From the NCBI GenBank assembly GCA_017499595.2, contig CM039003.1:2542001-2606000 (forward strand): a stretch of DNA of 64,000 nt. Direction: 5' to 3'. Numbering within the stretch: the stretch's first letter is position 1; each line of letters opens with the position of its first letter. The DNA comes from Psilocybe cubensis. Its lineage: Eukaryota. A program made the position numbers and the translations under genes. Below, piece after piece: positions 58,126 to 64,000 of this stretch. Under the pieces are notes generated by a model. It searched no databases, was not told the origin of the DNA, and saw nothing but the letters and a program-made list of their open reading frames with translations.

Positions 58126-59196
58126 ATGTCATCCCAGGAAGCTGATTCTTTAGTCCTGTCTTCGGATCCGCTGCATGTGAGTTACCATTAGTTCGGCGAA
58201 CAGATCTCGTTTCTCATGTTACAATTCAGCCTGCCAACTTGATTCCAGAGCTCTGCAGATCCTTTTATCAGGTAGAACAGGGATAGAAGTGTTTATTTTG
58301 GTTGAATCATGTCTGAAATTGTATGGTAGCTCGGTTGGGTGACGGGTACCGGAGGTGGAATCTGCATTCGTGTTGGGTACGTTCTCATTCCTCAAAGTCA
58401 TGATGTAGACTTATTCCTCCAGAGACAAGGTCTACATAGCTCCATCTGGTGTGCAGAAAGAACGCATTGAACCAATACACATCTTCGTTCTTCCATATCC
58501 CCAAGCACCCGCATCCCCTCACACCGACCGAGTATTTCTCCGACGGCCCGCGCTCAACCTGAAGGAATCTGCATGCACCCCACTTTTCTGGAATTCGTTC
58601 GATCTTCGAAATGCTGGCAGTTGTATTCACACCCACTCTCAACATGCTGTTATGGCAACTCTTCTTTGGACAAGGCCCACGTTTACTATTTCGCACCAGG
58701 TAAATTGACCTTCGCGCATCAGAAAAACCATCTACTTACCTATTTTAACAGGAGGTAGAAGCTCAAATTTGTCTTAATATGCGGAATACTAAATTATGAG
58801 GTTAGATGATCAAGGGTGTTCGAATTGCAGGAACTGGGAATGCTCTGTCATACCTCGACACCTTGGAACTTCCTATCATCGAAAATACTCCGAACGAGGA
58901 AGATTTAAAAGATAGTATGGCGGAGGCTATGATCAAATATCCAAATGCACCTGGTGTTCTCGTTAGAAGACACGGTGTCTATGTTTGGGGTGTGTAATGT
59001 TCTGTTTTCAAAATTGCAATTACTGACATCAGCACAGGTAATGATTGGGAAAAAGCAAAGACTCAAACAGAGGTGAATATCTCGATATTTATTGTTAGAA
59101 TATTGGATTCTAATCGAAATAAAGTGCCTGGATTACCTCTTCGAGATTGGTGTCAAAATGAAGTTGGCTGGTTTGCCTACCGTTCTCAACGAATAA
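58126..59196 (+). CDS. MDE1: Methylthioribulose-1-phosphate dehydratase (methionine salvage)
   Basis: [80 protein letters not shown]. Confidence 0.95.
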
Positions 59197-59685
59197 AGCC
59201 ACATCTATTCTCAGTGGGGAGGCCGTCAATTATCTTTCCTACTCTCTCAAGTCGTATTACGCTTTCCCCTCAGATCGCCTATGTCTGTATCGAGAAAGTT
59301 GCATTCTAAAATACCAAAGTGGTGGTCAAATATTTGGCCCAATCGACGCAAGTATTCTGGGCCTCGAAAGACGGGGCGCTGATCACAAAAAAATATCAAC
59401 TCCTTACTTGTATAGAAAGCTCATCGACAACGAAGCATTGTCATATGTCCGGCTTAGCAAGTTCTGGTCAGTTCCTCAGAGTCTTACCGTTCAGTGTATC
59501 TTGACCAACCGTCGTCAAAAATGTTCCTACTTCCTAGTTTCTTCTAATCCGGTCTCAGGTAAGATATCAGCTTTTAAGATGTATTTACGACAACTTGTAA
59601 TGGTTAGTTCCCGCAAAACATATGTAAAATTATTAGGATGATAATAATAAGCTATAATTTAGATTGAAGTGGCTACGGTTGAATC

Positions 59686-61105
59686 TCATAGTGATTTGTA
59701 TGCCTCTTGAAAATCTGCTACCCATTGTTCAGGGGATACCTTTCCTTTCCTTAAGCGCTTCGACAACCTCTTCATGTACTGATGGAACTCCACTTCCTTC
59801 TCTTGAGGGATAGTTGATTTATACGGTGAAGCTACCGGATAGCTCAATGGAAAGTTGTTATATTCTCCATCCTTCATGGTCTCACGCATGAGTGATGCCA
59901 CGACAAAGGAAAAATTCGTCGCAAGTGTTTTGTCATCTGGAGAAACCGGATATCCAGCAATTTCGTCCATGATCGAGTAAATTCGAGATGTATCAGCGAG
60001 CTTTTCAAGAGAGTCGGATTCATGAATGAGAGTATGTATCTTTGGATCTCTGAGGACAGACACCCGTTTATGGGGTTCATATAGAAGGTTATCCAAGAGA
60101 CAACTGTCGCCTCGTTGAGCAATGTAGAACGGAAACGCCCCATGATTCTTGTCACGGAAATATTTGTTGTAGGGAGAGGGATCTGCAACCTCGTTCCAGA
60201 AGTCGTAGACCCTCATTCCAAAGTCGAGGAGGAACTCCTGGCCATTTAGGTTTGTGAAATAAATCCGATAATGCTCTTTTGGGTCTTGTCCCATTATGAA
60301 CTTCTTTTGTTCCGTGCTATAGTAGACCAGCCTTGTTTGATTTGGGACTGTTAGAGACCCTCGGACGACTCCAAAATCCGAAATTGGTGAACCTAAGAAG
60401 GCAAGCCGGACACGACGTCGTCCAGTAACTTGGTAGGCGGGTACCTCACCTGTTGGCACAGCAGTAGTCGTGTACATCTGTGCCGCCAGGCCAATGCATA
60501 TTGAGAGCGCCAGAGGAAGACCGAGCCCTTCATTGAAGATTCTGCTCCTCAAGATCTCTTGGTCGAGCTGGCAAGTAGCCGTCGGCCACCACTGAGCAGA
60601 CTTTGAACTTGGGATTTTTTCTCCCAAAACGATGAGCTTGGCTACGAGACCATTAGAGAGGACTACGAGAGGTTCACGTTTATCGGGATTGTTGAGAATT
60701 GCATGACTTAGAGCATGATGAGTGTCCGGAACGGAGTGAAGTCGAAGTGCATGAGCTAAGAAAGCGAGGTATGGGAAAAATGCTTCCCCGTCGACCTTAT
60801 CTGTTTTTCCTACAAAACAATTCAGGCAAATGCATCTGGTGTTCTACAAAGACTTACCACAACGAATCTTGTGGGACACCCAGTCCTGTCTCTGGCATTC
60901 TGTCGAGCAATAAGAAACCTAATAACGCCCGCTCTCAATGAAAAAATCTCTAGTTATACCAATCGAGAAGATTTACCTCTCCACATGCACTACATATACG
61001 TAGCTTAGCATCGTTTGACGTCTTCGTACATAGATTGCAAGCATCGCGTCTCAACAACGGTAGAAAGACCGTAGGCCCCCCTGACAATGGCTTTTTTCCG
61101 TGCAT
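59686..61105 (-). CDS. MYND zinc-finger protein
   Basis: Exons give CNLC...CSACGE|VSYCSTECQRQDWVSHKIRC, followed by a long terminal exon. Confidence 0.8.
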
Positions 61106-61860
61106 TTCCGGGTGATAAGGGACAGAATTGTTGCAGAAACGCCTACATGTGTTATAAAGTTCCAGTCAGTCTCACACTGTACGCGGGGACCAGTTCAAAA
61201 CAATAACGACGTCACTGCCAAGTTCTTCAAATGCTTGGCAAGAGCGGCGTTTGTCACACTGGCAAATGACGCGAAGGATAACAGTTTTCGTGCCTACTAC
61301 GTCACGCGTACCGTGACTTCACTGAATCAGTGCTTCGCCTTGCTTCGCGTGGATTGCGTATACTTGGCGCGAGCGGACGTGATTTTTGCAAAGAATTTAC
61401 CAAAACTTTCACTAATTTGAATGGCACCATTTGTCATGTACACGCGTGGTATTGTGTGAGGGTTTTTTTAAATCAGGGGTCGACACGTTACGCACGTGAG
61501 TTGAAAGTTAGGTCTGACTTTGAATTGAGGCTGCTCGGAGATGCCGCTGGTCAAACGTCGGTTTGTATGTTTCTTTTATTATTCCATATTGCGTTCTATG
61601 AATGCGGTCAGCTGGAGTTTCTTATTCTTCAATACTAGGAAGGTCTGTCGGCCCGCCTTGAGACCTTCCTAGTATTGAAGGGCTTACCGTTGTATCACCT
61701 GGCATGTCCACCCTTCTGGCAAATTTCAGGCGGTGCTTCTTACAGTCACTGATGACCTGTACCGCACCATATAACCTCTGGTGTATGTCGGCGGAATTGG
61801 TTTCTTTCTGCGTACGATATATGAGCAACAGTCGCGATTATCTCTGCAGTGTTAACCCTA

Positions 61861-63453
61861 ATGCGCCTTGCAGTGTTATTCTCTGCTGTTAGCAGTTTTC
61901 TGCTGGCAGCAAATTGCATTGCTGCTCCAACTGTCTCTCTTATCGGAAATACGCAGCTGGACGCCAATGGGATCTTCTTTGTATCATACGACGGAGTTGT
62001 GAACGTCAACTCTTTCCAGCTATCTGGCGTTCTCACCTATGCCAATTGGCAATACGCTGGTTGGTACACTTCGTCGAGGTATGCGATACTGGCGCGCAGG
62101 CAACTTCCTTCAGGCAGCTGGTCGACGCTTCAGCTGCCGCACCAACTCTCCACAAACGACTCCCACAACGTCATCGCCATTGGTGTCTCTCCTTCTGATG
62201 GGAAAATACATATTGCTTTGGACTGCCACAGTACCCAGATGTATTACACTAGTTCGGAGGCAGGCCTTGCAACCAGCGGTGCTAGTTGGACTGCAAGTCG
62301 GTTTGGAAGCATCACCAACACACTTGGAAATTTGAATATCGGAAGGTTAGCTACTATATTGCTTCATCCACCTTCAAGTTACTAACATAATGGGTGGGTC
62401 CTTAATATTTCTATCTCCCAATTCCATCGATTATTTTCGCAGTACAATTACTTACCCGCAGTTTGTGCTTACTTCGGATAATCTGTTGCAATTCGTCTTC
62501 CGGACCGGCATCTCTGGTAATGGTGCCACGCAACTAGCAGAATATAACGGAAACTCCTGGTCAAACATCGGATCGTGGGCTTCTGCGTCTGGAACGTATA
62601 CCTCAACCAACGGCGTAACCAGTACCGCTCGCAATTTATACATCCATGGGTTTACTTATAGGTTCGGTACCGCCCATGTAACTGGGACATGGAGAGAACA
62701 GAATAGTGCAGTCTCTTGCAGTAGTGCCGGCTTGACGAACCATGATACGACTTACTTCTATTCTCAAGATAAAGGTACGTCTCTATGCTTAATGTTTTTA
62801 TCATACTGCAATATCTTCTTGGTAGGCCGCAGTTGGAAGAACAGTGCAGGATCTTCTATTGGACAATCTGGTTCTAACCCTATCAACGTTAACACTGGAG
62901 GAACCATTGTCGACTCCCTTAATGCAGACCATGCTCTCATGAATCAAGAGTCCCAAGATGTCGATTCTTCAGGCCAAATTCATGCAATCATCTCCTATGT
63001 ACCAGGTATGTGCTGTTTTTTTAATTGCTAGGAGTGGATATCACATTTCATTTATCAGGTCGCTTCACTCAGTGTGTTTCGAATTATGAGACTGATCGGC
63101 CATTATACGCCAGACCGTTCCACGTATACCGCCACACCAACGGTACATTCACCAAGATGGAGATACCATTCCCTGTCGATTCTGTAGGGCGCTCGCAAAT
63201 TGTCTTGGACAGCAATGATAACGTATACGTCGTGCTTCCGTTCGTTCGTATCGTAACCGCCAGCAAGGCATCTGGGTGGACCGATTGGTCGTTGGCCTAC
63301 GATGGGGTTGCAGCGGGATTGAATGCGTTCGGAGAAGTCACCGTTGATCGTGCCAGAGCTTCCAGTGGCGTTCTTTCGATTCTCTACCAACTCAGTAGTT
63401 CTGGGACAACTCCTTCGCCAGTCAAGGTAATCGACTTCGAGCTTAACGGCTGA
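61861..63453 (+). CDS. Secreted BNR_4-type beta-propeller protein, candidate PL42-like lyase
   Basis: Signal peptide MRLAVLFSAVSSFLLAANCIAAP; NDSHNVIAIGVSPSDGKIHIALDCH, ITYPQF, FRTGISGNG, NLYIHG, NHD, Asp-box SQDKGRSW, LMNQESQ. Confidence 0.7.
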
Positions 63454-64000
63454 ATTTCTTCCTAGTTTTTAGCAGTTTTTAGTCAGTAAAATCAAATGTA
63501 TTATGTTTGAAATGTCTGTATTGCTACCCTTTATTTGAAGCATTATATATAAGAGATATGGTTTACCAGGGATGTTTAAATGTCTGAGTGCTACAATTAT
63601 CTTCCGTGTTTGGAATATCCACTTCCGGTCTATTTTAAAACGTTGGGTTCTGTTAACCTTAATTCCGTACCCCACCATACTGCCAAGAATCTGCTTCATT
63701 ATTGCGCCATTGACCCCCCATTTATACATGTCATGGCTTCGTTTAATACCCCTCGCAATTCTCTCTTCTGGACAAATGCTCCTATGGCCTCTGCATACCT
63801 CGTTGACGACGAAAGTACCGAGCAAGAAGACCCATTGGTGGGAGTCGACTATGATGGTCGGACGCCTGTGAGTCATGAGCGTTCACCGTGAATGTAAATC
63901 AAGTCTGACGGGCTTATAGCTCGATAAAACCATCGACAGGATAGGGATGGGTACATACCAGTGGACGCTGTTATCGCTGTGCGGTTTCGGTGAGCATTTC

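Noticed and set aside
20202-59196. AMP deaminase plus MDE1 as a salvage-pathway cluster, or the MDR reductase as part of a secondary-metabolite cluster
   Set aside because: The genes are ~35 kb apart with unrelated genes between, and there is no PKS/NRPS/terpene synthase in the window.
63469-64000. Short ORFs and a possible minus-strand gene end at the window edge
   Set aside because: Splice-like signals exist, but there is no recognisable protein and too little sequence to call.

Overview
Eukaryotic, intron-rich fungal DNA: short ~50-60 nt GT-AG introns, and gene content typical of a mushroom-forming basidiomycete (species not determinable here). About 20 host genes: a BCH/CRAL-TRIO RhoGAP (partial), two tandem 7-TM proteins, EBP2, a secreted protein, AVL9, two tandem intronless F-box genes, an MDR oxidoreductase, probable ORC6, AMP deaminase, a KEN-box protein, a DUF2235 protein, a Ste7/Fuz7-type MAPKK, RAD4, TRM61, a PAS protein, a GH27+CBM35 enzyme, MDE1/mtnB, a MYND protein and a secreted BNR_4/PL42-like protein. 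Two regions stand out. (1) An intact, very young Ty3/gypsy chromovirus (23395-29410, minus strand) with identical 183-bp LTRs, a CGTAA TSD at the AMP deaminase stop codon, an 11-nt self-priming signature, a -1 frameshift cassette and a chromodomain + AT-hook tail. (2) A ~13.5 kb island (~40.7-54.2 kb) where exons, introns and intergenic DNA are all inflated by mostly hexameric microsatellites and alternating G-rich/C-rich blocks, while reading frames and splice signals stay intact. All gene models and family calls were made by eye, without database searches.
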